From a virus: a stretch of 64,000 nucleotides of DNA. Below the pieces are notes generated by a model. That model was not told the DNA's origin. It saw nothing but the letters and a program-made list of their open reading frames with translations, and made no database searches. This document shows positions 37,401 to 44,526 of the stretch, one piece after another. A program made the translations under genes and the position numbers. Within the stretch, counting starts at the first letter, position 1, and every line of letters begins with the position of its first letter. The stretch lies in the IMG/VR virus record IMGVR_UViG_3300021085_000019, positions 1 to 64,000 of that record; one strand, 5' to 3'.

Positions 37401-38012
37401 GCATTTGATGCACAAAACTCTAGATTTAACTGTGATTGGTTTGGTGGTTATCAATATGCAGCCAATTCGTTCCTAGATTTTGATAATGACTCACCTGGTA
37501 GTAGTGGATCTAATGGTGTTCATTTGGCGTCAGTTGCTGGTATGGACTTTACTATTGACTCAAATAACAATGGGACAGCTGATGAATTTACCTGGCGCGT
37601 CAACTCGCCTACAGCGTCAACCGGCACTGAGTTGATGAGCTTAGACAGCGACGGTGATTTAACAGTTACTGGAGCTCTTGCCGCAACAACAAAATCATTT
37701 GATATTGAGCATCCAACAAAAGAGGGTAAGAGATTACATCATGGTGTTCTTGAAGGACCCGAGCATGCAGTATATATTAGAGGAAAAACAAAAGAATCAA
37801 TCATTCAATTGCCTGAATATTGGAATGGGCTAGTTCATGAAGATACTATAACTGTTCAGCTTACAGCAATTGGCCGGTCAGAATATCTTTATGTCGACGG
37901 CATTAAAGATAACACTGTAAGTATTTCTAATGACACTGAATATTTTTACTTTATACAAGCCGAGCGTAAAGATGTCGAAAGGTTTGAGGTAGAATATGAC
38001 GACGTCGACTAA
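31434..38012 (+). CDS. Giant fibre protein (2192 aa) with about 15 GxVGIG repeats and a C-terminal non-S74 chaperone-like domain
   Basis: N-terminal NFKVKNGL; LSFEGSAGQLF module; C-terminal TKSFDIEHP...LHHGVLEGPEHAVYIRG...LPEYW..LV...TVQLT...AERKDV. Confidence 0.85.
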   Translation: MATDHNFKVKNGLAVEGADLKITGDGNDTRIESGGEIRFRPEGSSSNKVRITLNELEVSGSIDASADLKTNNTTRINSSGGFTLGSGSMTGPVTISPPSGQNTVLNLNGALDTFLEKDTGSHFYIANNVEDKDIKFRINNGGTQKIPLTIHGQSGTVDLTGDLDVSGDLAVSGDLNITGDINSVSTTDLDITDKTITLSKGSTSSSTSDGAGIIIEGPSPAPELKYQHSNARWTLNKEVFTPSGFMIGTTSTDVGLMRNSSGVFDFQAQSGREISFSNATNGEHVRIDADGKVGIGTDNPGVNLQINDSTTTQTNSEFRIYGYDTGTSDAKYGRIFIDSGGNLNVAAQDSYLILTSGNYIQANDTLYALESILMRNNKKIQMAGSDGGFNGVMNVSTSDVVQVGGVSGWGGTIGQLALYSNDGEAVRIDENQWVGIGTNDPSRKLHVYQNNGTNVVAAFESNDAQVWIDLRDSNSTSYGGSAYGCLLGHDPVNDHLFIVADGNVTKHFVVDNTGNVGIGTSDPKTDLHVLGASGNAQATTVRLGGDGANGNHTPKLEFTEGTTGTSMNFGFSLLADGNSSNNFLIRNHNSSTGGAVAICVDRATGFVGIGNNSGSPKSRLDINSSGDNFVYLNYTRSTGGTNEKYWRSGIETNHRFAIGKVNDAYNSLSEYLTILSGGNVGIGINNPSEKLEVNGNIKADTLKIDNIVFEDEDGSPTDSITASTEWDGTNSTLSFEGSAGQLFAISNNLTGTIFSVNDISGIPSIEVEDDGEIRFAEFGGYVKIGHDSSVPGQEAPLIVTKTQGTLPPAPDTPSKNVAVFQNNSTAGEYSIISIIGGNTGRSSIHLGDTDDDNAGAIYYTHNDNKLHFRTNSSGDDVQIESDGTLNISTGDLRLGVGKKFYMGGSNHTYISEDIDDRLRFFTGGQEFMRFTEAGTDTVNFYTPVSSSGTITAPALNGTDSTNNVGFNIATDSTSNGRAFIILDSDSTDGVGVGSDYTYIGSDYASFRGWVSAGQNGASGGVRVSDGSGTAPTLSFADRTDTGLWAQDYSTGEDRVMISTGGSIRAEVQSAGVYSYANVYAVNEFRNITNTWKATTSQVSQDFQFIGNTSNTPVTIMHLDTGNANVGIGTTSTDSTYKLQIAGAQRTTVTGSNTVAGWFENTDDHDYNIRIVPKLSSGGYNPITSTGDSGIIFSTDNDHTNAVDNNGLIIAPHSDEKGGLYIAESGNVGINVRNTGSQALWVEIPTAQQSDTNLVAYFKSHNNKACIQITDNDTTAVVSAEGTRMSLGGQQGVHANNVNINTSNANTGIGIITGSDGDLSLNVPRLHVKADTQQGVNALVARFEAGNDNDNTGAAILINHSNDRGLLIEGGRSNSDRAIAHLGLVTSGGDHNRVLTIRQDGSNYWAGIGTEVPEALLHVKAASGTTATIRIEGGSNTVSASGEINSQLDFGSNDGSVNSAGQVGGRIASVTENTNGAYTGMAFYTFTQSGSPDLAEKMRIRYDGSVGIGEASPTTGKLVVNGNTNQYTLRLNGGTSSGTSYGARIRAGTNTSDYGLIVENTSAGPQFAVRGDGHVGIGTNDPIDQFHLKSSSGDARMVLESPVDSDCEIKLSENGTVKFTVGFNAADDTFRIGTTNVDTNPRMAITSAGKVGFGRENPHNKFHVIGDGRFEGNLMTGSASYTNVPAKAIHIKDSGDNACLRIEDSTGSNKVYDFRVNTGAGLKIIDQGTVGTGNNVRFRIEDDGKVGIGNFPTTNNNSNNHDSIAPAARLHVYDTGGGGTEKPLMILENYIGDHGTTPSKVSIDIRNQDSNNNPNRVSLKNVTVNSTTYGVNDEAAAHFVIGLSKGGNVIERAMFHADGHMSIGTSMFNPYTHVNTGSYFKPKTNVTSNRTLSIGGGDAGADISLVSSTTSDDGHVGGLFFTSTAGATDAHKQLAGIDCVYDKHATSDAVSGGHLRFFTKPTGSGINSPRMWIHQNGNIYMKNQSGSDVVAFDAQNSRFNCDWFGGYQYAANSFLDFDNDSPGSSGSNGVHLASVAGMDFTIDSNNNGTADEFTWRVNSPTASTGTELMSLDSDGDLTVTGALAATTKSFDIEHPTKEGKRLHHGVLEGPEHAVYIRGKTKESIIQLPEYWNGLVHEDTITVQLTAIGRSEYLYVDGIKDNTVSISNDTEYFYFIQAERKDVERFEVEYDDVD

Positions 38013-39273
38013 TCAAAAAATAGTTACCAGGGGATTAAAATACGCCTGGGATATGAATAATAAAAAGTCGTGGAAAGGTAAACCGACTACTAACTTATTA
38101 AGTAATCCTGATTTTAGTAATGGAACTACTGGCTGGACTCTAACTTCAAGGTCGTCATCGACACACAACGATACTATGGAAATTAGATACGAGCCTAATG
38201 GTACACCGTATCTTAACATGCATTTGGAAAGAACTTCCGGCAGCGGGAATAGTTGGTCTCACTTAAGACAAGGCTCTGTATTCTCCTCGACTGGAAATTA
38301 TGCAACTTCAGGACAATTTAGAGTTAATGCGTATTCGGTATCTAGTGGGAGCACATTGTCACAGTTTAGAGGGTCCGCCTTTTATAATGATTGGTGGTCA
38401 GCAAATAGACCTATTAGAAATATATCTGCAAGTGATATAGGTCAGGGATGGTTGGATTTAGAATTAAATAGAGATTACGTGTCCTCATATACTGATAGTA
38501 ACGGAACAGTTTATAATTTAGATGGGTGTTTTGAATTTTATACTGGAAGTATGCCAGCCGTTGGAGATCTTATTGATATCGATATAAGATTAATTCAAAT
38601 AGAGTCAGGCACTTTTGCCACGCCTTTTGTGAATGGCACTAGAACGAATACGAACTCATTACGCGATATGACTTCTAGTAATACTCTTACACTAAGCGCG
38701 CTTACATATAATTCTGACGGGACTTTTGAGTTTGATCAAAGCGCTTCAAATAGAATTACATCTGATAAACTTATGAGAACTCTTATGGATAGTGTAGACA
38801 CTTATACGTATTCATGTGTTATAAAAAGAACAGCGTCTATGCCTGACGGTCACGGGATTGCTTTAGGACTTCAAGGATATAACTGTGGTATTCTTTTAAA
38901 GAACGATGGTATTATTGCAAGTAATTGGTATAATAATGGGTCGGGGTATTCTGTTAAACAAAGCGGAACTGCAACTTTAGCAAATAACACTTGGGCCCAT
39001 GCGACTATGACTTGGAATTGTAGAGAAAACATGAAGCTGTATATTAATGGCGAACTAACACATACTGTATCGGTTTCTGCTCAAACTGGTAGTAGCAATA
39101 ATGAATGGTATGGAGTAACGTCTGCACACAGTAATCCAATAATGGCTGGCGGTGGTTCGAGTCATTGGGAAACAAATTCTGTAATAAAAGAAGCTCAGGT
39201 GTATGATAGAGAGTTAAGTGCAGAAGAAGTAAAACAAAATTTTATTGCGGTGAGAGGTAAATACGGTCTATGA
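37996..39273 (+). CDS. LamG/concanavalin A-like lectin-domain virion protein with inserted carbohydrate-binding-like domain (paralogue 1)
   Basis: IVTRGL..AWD..N.KSW; TWAHATMTW...KLYINGEL; VYDRELSAEEVKQNF...RGKYGL. Confidence 0.8.
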   Translation: MTTSTNQKIVTRGLKYAWDMNNKKSWKGKPTTNLLSNPDFSNGTTGWTLTSRSSSTHNDTMEIRYEPNGTPYLNMHLERTSGSGNSWSHLRQGSVFSSTGNYATSGQFRVNAYSVSSGSTLSQFRGSAFYNDWWSANRPIRNISASDIGQGWLDLELNRDYVSSYTDSNGTVYNLDGCFEFYTGSMPAVGDLIDIDIRLIQIESGTFATPFVNGTRTNTNSLRDMTSSNTLTLSALTYNSDGTFEFDQSASNRITSDKLMRTLMDSVDTYTYSCVIKRTASMPDGHGIALGLQGYNCGILLKNDGIIASNWYNNGSGYSVKQSGTATLANNTWAHATMTWNCRENMKLYINGELTHTVSVSAQTGSSNNEWYGVTSAHSNPIMAGGGSSHWETNSVIKEAQVYDRELSAEEVKQNFIAVRGKYGL

Positions 39274-40406
39274 TTTCTCATAACAGCAAAATTACTCTTG
39301 ATGGTTTAGAACTATATTGTGACGCAACAAATCCTAAAAGTTTTGAAGGTGAGGCTACTACAAATCTATCAAATACTTCGGCCGGAGTAAAGGATTGGAC
39401 TATCGGCAATCTTGTGGCAAGTGTTTCTTTATCTACGGTTACAACTAATAGCGTATATAGGATTACTAGTGGGTCTACGGCTGGGGCTTTTAGATTTTAT
39501 TTTAATGTTAGTAATTTAACGGACGGTGAAACGTATACTATGAGTTTTAGAAATAAAATTATCAGTTCAACTGGTGGAGTAACTCCTAATTTTACTCCTA
39601 CAGATTGGAACGATCAATCTATAACAAAGACACAAACGTTAAATAACGATCATTGGTATCATACCGCAACTGGTTCAAGAAGTACATATACAAATACGTA
39701 TAGATTTATGGATTTTTATATTACTGCAAATACAGTAGTTGAGATATACGACGTTCAATTAGAAGAAAAAGATCATGCTACGCCGTACGTGGCGTATCAG
39801 AGAAATACATGGAAGGACTTGACTAAAAACGGTTATGATTTAAATTTTGTCAGTGGAACTCCGGAGTATTCATCTACTAATAACGCGGTGTCCTTTAGAA
39901 GCGCTGATACAGAATATAGTACGGCAACTATTGACAAAGGAATACTAAAAGCTACTAACGAACTTGGAGAGTGGTCGTTAGAATGTCTATTTAAACAAAT
40001 AAGTGATTCTAATGCCAATGAAGCCGTAATTATAGGAAGAAGCGGACATCACGGCGGAATATTAGTTCAGACAAATCATATACGCCATCAAATAAGAACT
40101 GTTGATGGTAGTACAGGACAGTTATCTGAATCGGCTGGAAACATGACAAATGGAAATTGGTATCATAGCGTTATGACATATGAAAATGGTTTAGTAAATT
40201 CGTATTTAAATGGCGTATTAGTTTCTTCCGATCAGTTCGACAAAAATACTTATAATATACGCGCGTACGATAACACCTTATATGTTGGAGGTATTAGTGG
40301 TAGATATCCTAATATTGATTTATCGCTAGTTAGGGCTTACTCTAAAGCTTTAAATAGCTCTGAAGTTCTTACTAATTATCACGCGACAAAGGGAAGAATG
40401 ATATGA
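39270..40406 (+). CDS. LamG/concanavalin A-like lectin-domain virion protein (paralogue 2)
   Basis: ITLDGLELYCDATNPKSF; WYHSVMTYENG...YLNGVL; YSKALNSSEVLTNY. Confidence 0.8.
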   Translation: MISHNSKITLDGLELYCDATNPKSFEGEATTNLSNTSAGVKDWTIGNLVASVSLSTVTTNSVYRITSGSTAGAFRFYFNVSNLTDGETYTMSFRNKIISSTGGVTPNFTPTDWNDQSITKTQTLNNDHWYHTATGSRSTYTNTYRFMDFYITANTVVEIYDVQLEEKDHATPYVAYQRNTWKDLTKNGYDLNFVSGTPEYSSTNNAVSFRSADTEYSTATIDKGILKATNELGEWSLECLFKQISDSNANEAVIIGRSGHHGGILVQTNHIRHQIRTVDGSTGQLSESAGNMTNGNWYHSVMTYENGLVNSYLNGVLVSSDQFDKNTYNIRAYDNTLYVGGISGRYPNIDLSLVRAYSKALNSSEVLTNYHATKGRMI

Positions 40407-41740
40407 GTTTATTAGTTGCCATTGATGCCTATAATCCGTCTAGCTGGAAGGGTAGACCTACTAACAATTATTTAGCTACTTCTACTTGGGGCCAGGCCAA
40501 TAGTGTTGGAAGATCTGACAAAAAGCCTTTTGCCAGTAATAGCCACTCTGCTAGTGGTCAGTTGGCTTCTGATGCAAACTGGTATGTTGGTCCAATTATA
40601 AACATTCCAGAATTGCCTGTTGAAGATTGTAATATATTTTATGTGGAAGATAGTAATCCAGACAATTATTCTAGATGGAGCCCCCACGCTGGGTTTGACA
40701 TTGACGAATTAGATACACTAGATGTTACTCACGTTTTAAGTTGTTATGTTTATATACCTCCAGGAACAACGGTAGGTAATAGCACATTTTCTACGGTCAC
40801 GCAAAATAGCACAGGTGCGGATTGGCATACACAAAATTCAACCGCTTCTTCGGCAGTATATAATAGCCAATATAATTATTGGAATTTTACCGCAGATATA
40901 AATCAAACTGAGGTACTGGCAAACACTAGCACTCGTGGTTCATGGCAACGAATACACGTTCCTTTTGTTCCTAAAAGCACTATTAGAGATCAGGAAAGTG
41001 ATAGTCCTAGGATAGATAAACTAGGCGGATATTTAAGGCCTAATTTAGTAGGACAGTCTAACTATAATTATCTGTACATTGCAGCCAGTCAGCTAGAAGA
41101 AGGTAGCTTGCCTAGTCCGTACATTAGAGGCGAAAGATCTAATACAGAATCTATATTAGATTTGTCTTCTTATAAGCGAACGGTTACTGCTACATCATTA
41201 ACATATGGATCCAATGGCAAATGGGAATTCACGAATACGTCAAACGATAAAATAACAATAGATAATAACAACGATCTACATCCAGATGGAGACTTTTCAG
41301 TTGAGTGGTGGTTTTATTGCGATTCTTCTCAAAATAATCCATATCCAAGAGTTTTTGATAAAACCAATCCGTTATGCCATATAGGACAGACGTTTCCTAC
41401 TTATGTAGCATTTAATAAAACAATTGCCGGAAGCACGTTAAGACAAACAACTGCTTCAAGTCCTATTAATCACAGCACTTGGTACCATATAGCATTTACA
41501 TATAATGGTAGATACGCAAAAATATATATTGATGGAGTATTAGTCGTAGATAAAGACTGGACCACTGTAGAATATTTAAGCTCAGGTGGAATTGGGACTG
41601 ATATGACTATTGGTGGAAACAGCGGAACAAGCAGAAGTTTTAATGGTAAGATAGAGATGTTTAAATTCTATAAGGATGAGATATTATCAGCCGCTGAAGT
41701 AAAACAAAGTTATTTAAGAGGAAGAGGGAGATACCTATAA
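40403..41740 (+). CDS. LamG/concanavalin A-like lectin-domain virion protein (paralogue 3)
   Basis: IDAYNPSSWKG; FSVEWWF; WYHIAFTYNG...IYIDGVL; FNGKI; LSAAEVKQSY. Confidence 0.8.
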   Translation: MSLLVAIDAYNPSSWKGRPTNNYLATSTWGQANSVGRSDKKPFASNSHSASGQLASDANWYVGPIINIPELPVEDCNIFYVEDSNPDNYSRWSPHAGFDIDELDTLDVTHVLSCYVYIPPGTTVGNSTFSTVTQNSTGADWHTQNSTASSAVYNSQYNYWNFTADINQTEVLANTSTRGSWQRIHVPFVPKSTIRDQESDSPRIDKLGGYLRPNLVGQSNYNYLYIAASQLEEGSLPSPYIRGERSNTESILDLSSYKRTVTATSLTYGSNGKWEFTNTSNDKITIDNNNDLHPDGDFSVEWWFYCDSSQNNPYPRVFDKTNPLCHIGQTFPTYVAFNKTIAGSTLRQTTASSPINHSTWYHIAFTYNGRYAKIYIDGVLVVDKDWTTVEYLSSGGIGTDMTIGGNSGTSRSFNGKIEMFKFYKDEILSAAEVKQSYLRGRGRYL

Positions 41741-41742
41741 GG

Positions 41743-41750
41743 TATAAATA
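41743..41750 (+). promoter_or_regulatory. T4-type late promoter
   Basis: Exact TATAAATA, 5 nt before ATG 41756. Confidence 0.8.
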
Positions 41751-41755
41751 GAAGC

Positions 41756-41950
41756 ATGCAAGCTAATTTTAAGTATAATAAATCAACTGGAGAACTTACA
41801 ATCGTAGATAAAGATGGTGAGGAAATGTCAGTACACGCAGAAATTACATCTGATACACCGACTAGAGTATTGTTTTATGTGCAATGCGACGTCGAAGATG
41901 ATTTTAGTTTATATCCATATTTAGAACCAGGAGTTGACGATGGCGACTAG
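41756..41950 (+). CDS. Small acidic hypothetical protein (64 aa)
   Basis: Fills the gap between a late promoter and the next gene; overlaps next start. Confidence 0.65.
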   Translation: MQANFKYNKSTGELTIVDKDGEEMSVHAEITSDTPTRVLFYVQCDVEDDFSLYPYLEPGVDDGD

Positions 41951-44492
41951 AACATCATCCCAGTCAGGAAATTTTAATTCTACCTCAACTTGGGGAGGCT
42001 CTGCAGTTCCCGTAGATGGAGATCAATTTGTGGTTTCTGCCGGTCATATAGTAACCGTTAGCGATGATCGCAGAACTACTAACGGTTATCATGATTCTAC
42101 GTGTTATGGAAAGCTTCATATTACTGGTTCTGGCAAAATACGAATGAACGGCAATTTTACAGTTGATCACGTAAATGGTACCGGCGGAACAAATGCTAAT
42201 GATATAAATTATTATTTTATAGAAAACAACGCAAATACCGGGCCGTATTTTTTAATGGACAACGGTGCTATTTTTGAAATAAAAGGTAACGATGCAGACC
42301 AACATTCGATTAGAATGAAAGGTCGATACGTAATGACATTTGAAGTTAATGGTAATAATCCTAATCAAGAAACTACGTTAAATGGCGCAAAGACTATAGG
42401 ATCTACGGCGCTGACGTTTACTTCAGCATCTGGCTTTGCCGCAGGTGATTGGATTCAAGTTTATAGAACTCTTGAAAATACAAATCAATACTGGAATCAC
42501 GGAAAAATGGATGAAGGGTTTATTGTGCATGATGTGAGCGGTAACGCCGTTTATTTTAGACAATTTGTTTCTCCTACTGCGGTTATTGAAAAAGTTAATG
42601 GAACTAAGGTACGAGTCGATGATGCATCGGCGTTTAGAGTTGGACAAAAGGTTATTTTTGGAACTGGATCAAACAGAAATATTAAGACTATTACAGATAT
42701 AGGGCTTGGCGGTAATCGTATAACATTTAATAACGCTGTTGCTGGTAGTGTAGTAGGAGAAACTATGTACCAAACTGGAACAGAAAAATATCATTATGAT
42801 GATGATGCTGTTCAAAAAGTTGCAACACCGTTAACTGCAGACTCTAATGCAGGAACTAATCAGATTACAGTAGCTTCTACTGCCGGTATGGCAGTAGGCA
42901 AAAGAATATTAATTGACGCAAACAATCCTTCAGATACTAACTGGGATTATGAAGCTAGATATACTATTTCTGCGATAAGTGGCAATACAATTACGTTAAC
43001 AACAAATTTAGCAAATGACCGTAAAGCAAGAACAACTTCAAATCCTGGCGGCTGGGTGCTTATCTACGATAGAGATACACAAATTAGGGCTGCTACTATT
43101 CAAGAAGACGGCGGGGCTAGTACATCAGAGGATAGACCGTTTATTTACATCGAAGGAACTACAAGCAGCAACGCATATAAAAGACGATTTAGGTTGCGGA
43201 ATTGTTTGTTTGAAGGTATAGGATCTAATAGTAAAAATAGTACTTGGTATAGAGGAGTAATGTGTCGTGGTTACTTTAGTTATGACAATGCTTCTCATGG
43301 TCAATATGCTTCTGGAATTGAAGGTAATGTGTATACGCCAAACAATAGTGGCAATAATTCTTCATTTGCTGTAAGAGATTTTCACCAAGGGTATATTAAG
43401 CGTAATGTCTATTACAACGGTCATCAAAACATGTGGAGATATTCTAGTGGTAATAACATGCAGATTATGGGAAATTACTCAACTAGGTCTTCATATTCAT
43501 CTTTTCATTTTGATGGTTTTTACGAGCCTTATACCGAATTTGCATATAACTATGGTTCTAGGTCAGACGATTATGGTGTATTAGTACATCATCAGCGTGC
43601 AGCATCATCTTTAATACGACATAATTACTTGTTGTTTCATGAGCAACGGCCTTGGTATGAATATTATACTGCTGGCAATGTAGTTCGCGATAGAAATTAC
43701 TTTGACTTTTATAGATCTTGGCCTATTTTAGGAACTGGCGGAAATGTAAATTGGCTAAACTCTTATTTTGGAAATCAATGGGATGCTACTGGCGGAGCAA
43801 CAACTCCGGTAAACGGAGTACAAATACAGGGTAATGGCAACCAGTCTCCGGATAGATCATATAAAAACGAAATTATGACTTCAATTAATCATAATTTTAA
43901 AATAAACGATACTGCGCAATGGACATATCGAAGATGGAGAACTTGGGACAATGATGAAAACGCATGGAAAAATTATGTAGATACTAATTCCAGCAACGAA
44001 GGTGGTTTTGCAGAATCAGTGTATGTTCCAGCTGGCGCTACAGTTTATATTGCTGGAGAATTAAAATTAAGTAGTGGATTTAGTGGGACAATGCCGTATA
44101 TAGTAGGTAGGTGTGTAAACAGCTACCTACAAGGAAGATTCTACGATGGATCTGCTACAAGTGGACAGCAATCAGGAGTATCTCCAGATTCTTACTGGGG
44201 TGGCTTCTTTGAACAAAATCAATTTACAACAGCGGCCGCTTCTGGTTATGAAAGAAAGACTGTTACAATTGATCCTGTAAATTATGATTATTATATTACA
44301 GCTTATATAAGATCTACATCAACAAACCAAGGTGATGGAGATGAACATTGGTTTGAAAAACCAATTGAAATTTATATGGATAAAGGAAGCGGCGTAAAAG
44401 AACGAAAATTTATGACACATCAACAATCTAGAAGAGGATTTAACAACTCGACCACTCGAAGAGTAAAGCGTATTGGCGGTAGATTAAAATGA
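41940..44492 (+). CDS. Putative tailspike or polysaccharide-binding/degrading beta-helix protein (G8-like N-terminus)
   Basis: Start more likely ATG 41940 (GGAG SD at 41930-41933) than TTG 41934; SGNFNSTSTWGG..VP..GD...V.AGH.VT N-terminus; Asn/aromatic-rich parallel beta-helix-like C-terminal half. Confidence 0.6.
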   Translation: MATRTSSQSGNFNSTSTWGGSAVPVDGDQFVVSAGHIVTVSDDRRTTNGYHDSTCYGKLHITGSGKIRMNGNFTVDHVNGTGGTNANDINYYFIENNANTGPYFLMDNGAIFEIKGNDADQHSIRMKGRYVMTFEVNGNNPNQETTLNGAKTIGSTALTFTSASGFAAGDWIQVYRTLENTNQYWNHGKMDEGFIVHDVSGNAVYFRQFVSPTAVIEKVNGTKVRVDDASAFRVGQKVIFGTGSNRNIKTITDIGLGGNRITFNNAVAGSVVGETMYQTGTEKYHYDDDAVQKVATPLTADSNAGTNQITVASTAGMAVGKRILIDANNPSDTNWDYEARYTISAISGNTITLTTNLANDRKARTTSNPGGWVLIYDRDTQIRAATIQEDGGASTSEDRPFIYIEGTTSSNAYKRRFRLRNCLFEGIGSNSKNSTWYRGVMCRGYFSYDNASHGQYASGIEGNVYTPNNSGNNSSFAVRDFHQGYIKRNVYYNGHQNMWRYSSGNNMQIMGNYSTRSSYSSFHFDGFYEPYTEFAYNYGSRSDDYGVLVHHQRAASSLIRHNYLLFHEQRPWYEYYTAGNVVRDRNYFDFYRSWPILGTGGNVNWLNSYFGNQWDATGGATTPVNGVQIQGNGNQSPDRSYKNEIMTSINHNFKINDTAQWTYRRWRTWDNDENAWKNYVDTNSSNEGGFAESVYVPAGATVYIAGELKLSSGFSGTMPYIVGRCVNSYLQGRFYDGSATSGQQSGVSPDSYWGGFFEQNQFTTAAASGYERKTVTIDPVNYDYYITAYIRSTSTNQGDGDEHWFEKPIEIYMDKGSGVKERKFMTHQQSRRGFNNSTTRRVKRIGGRLK

Positions 44493-44493
44493 G

Positions 44494-44501
44494 TATAAAT
44501 A
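44494..44501 (+). promoter_or_regulatory. T4-type late promoter
   Basis: Exact intergenic TATAAATA; GGAGG SD downstream. Confidence 0.8.
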
Positions 44502-44526
44502 AGAGTATAATTGGAGGAAATGACTA

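Noticed and set aside
23574-38012. Shufflon or invertase-type fibre switching suggested by GNVGIG repeats
   Set aside because: Repeats are protein-level and diverged in DNA, all in direct orientation, with no recombinase or inverted cassettes.
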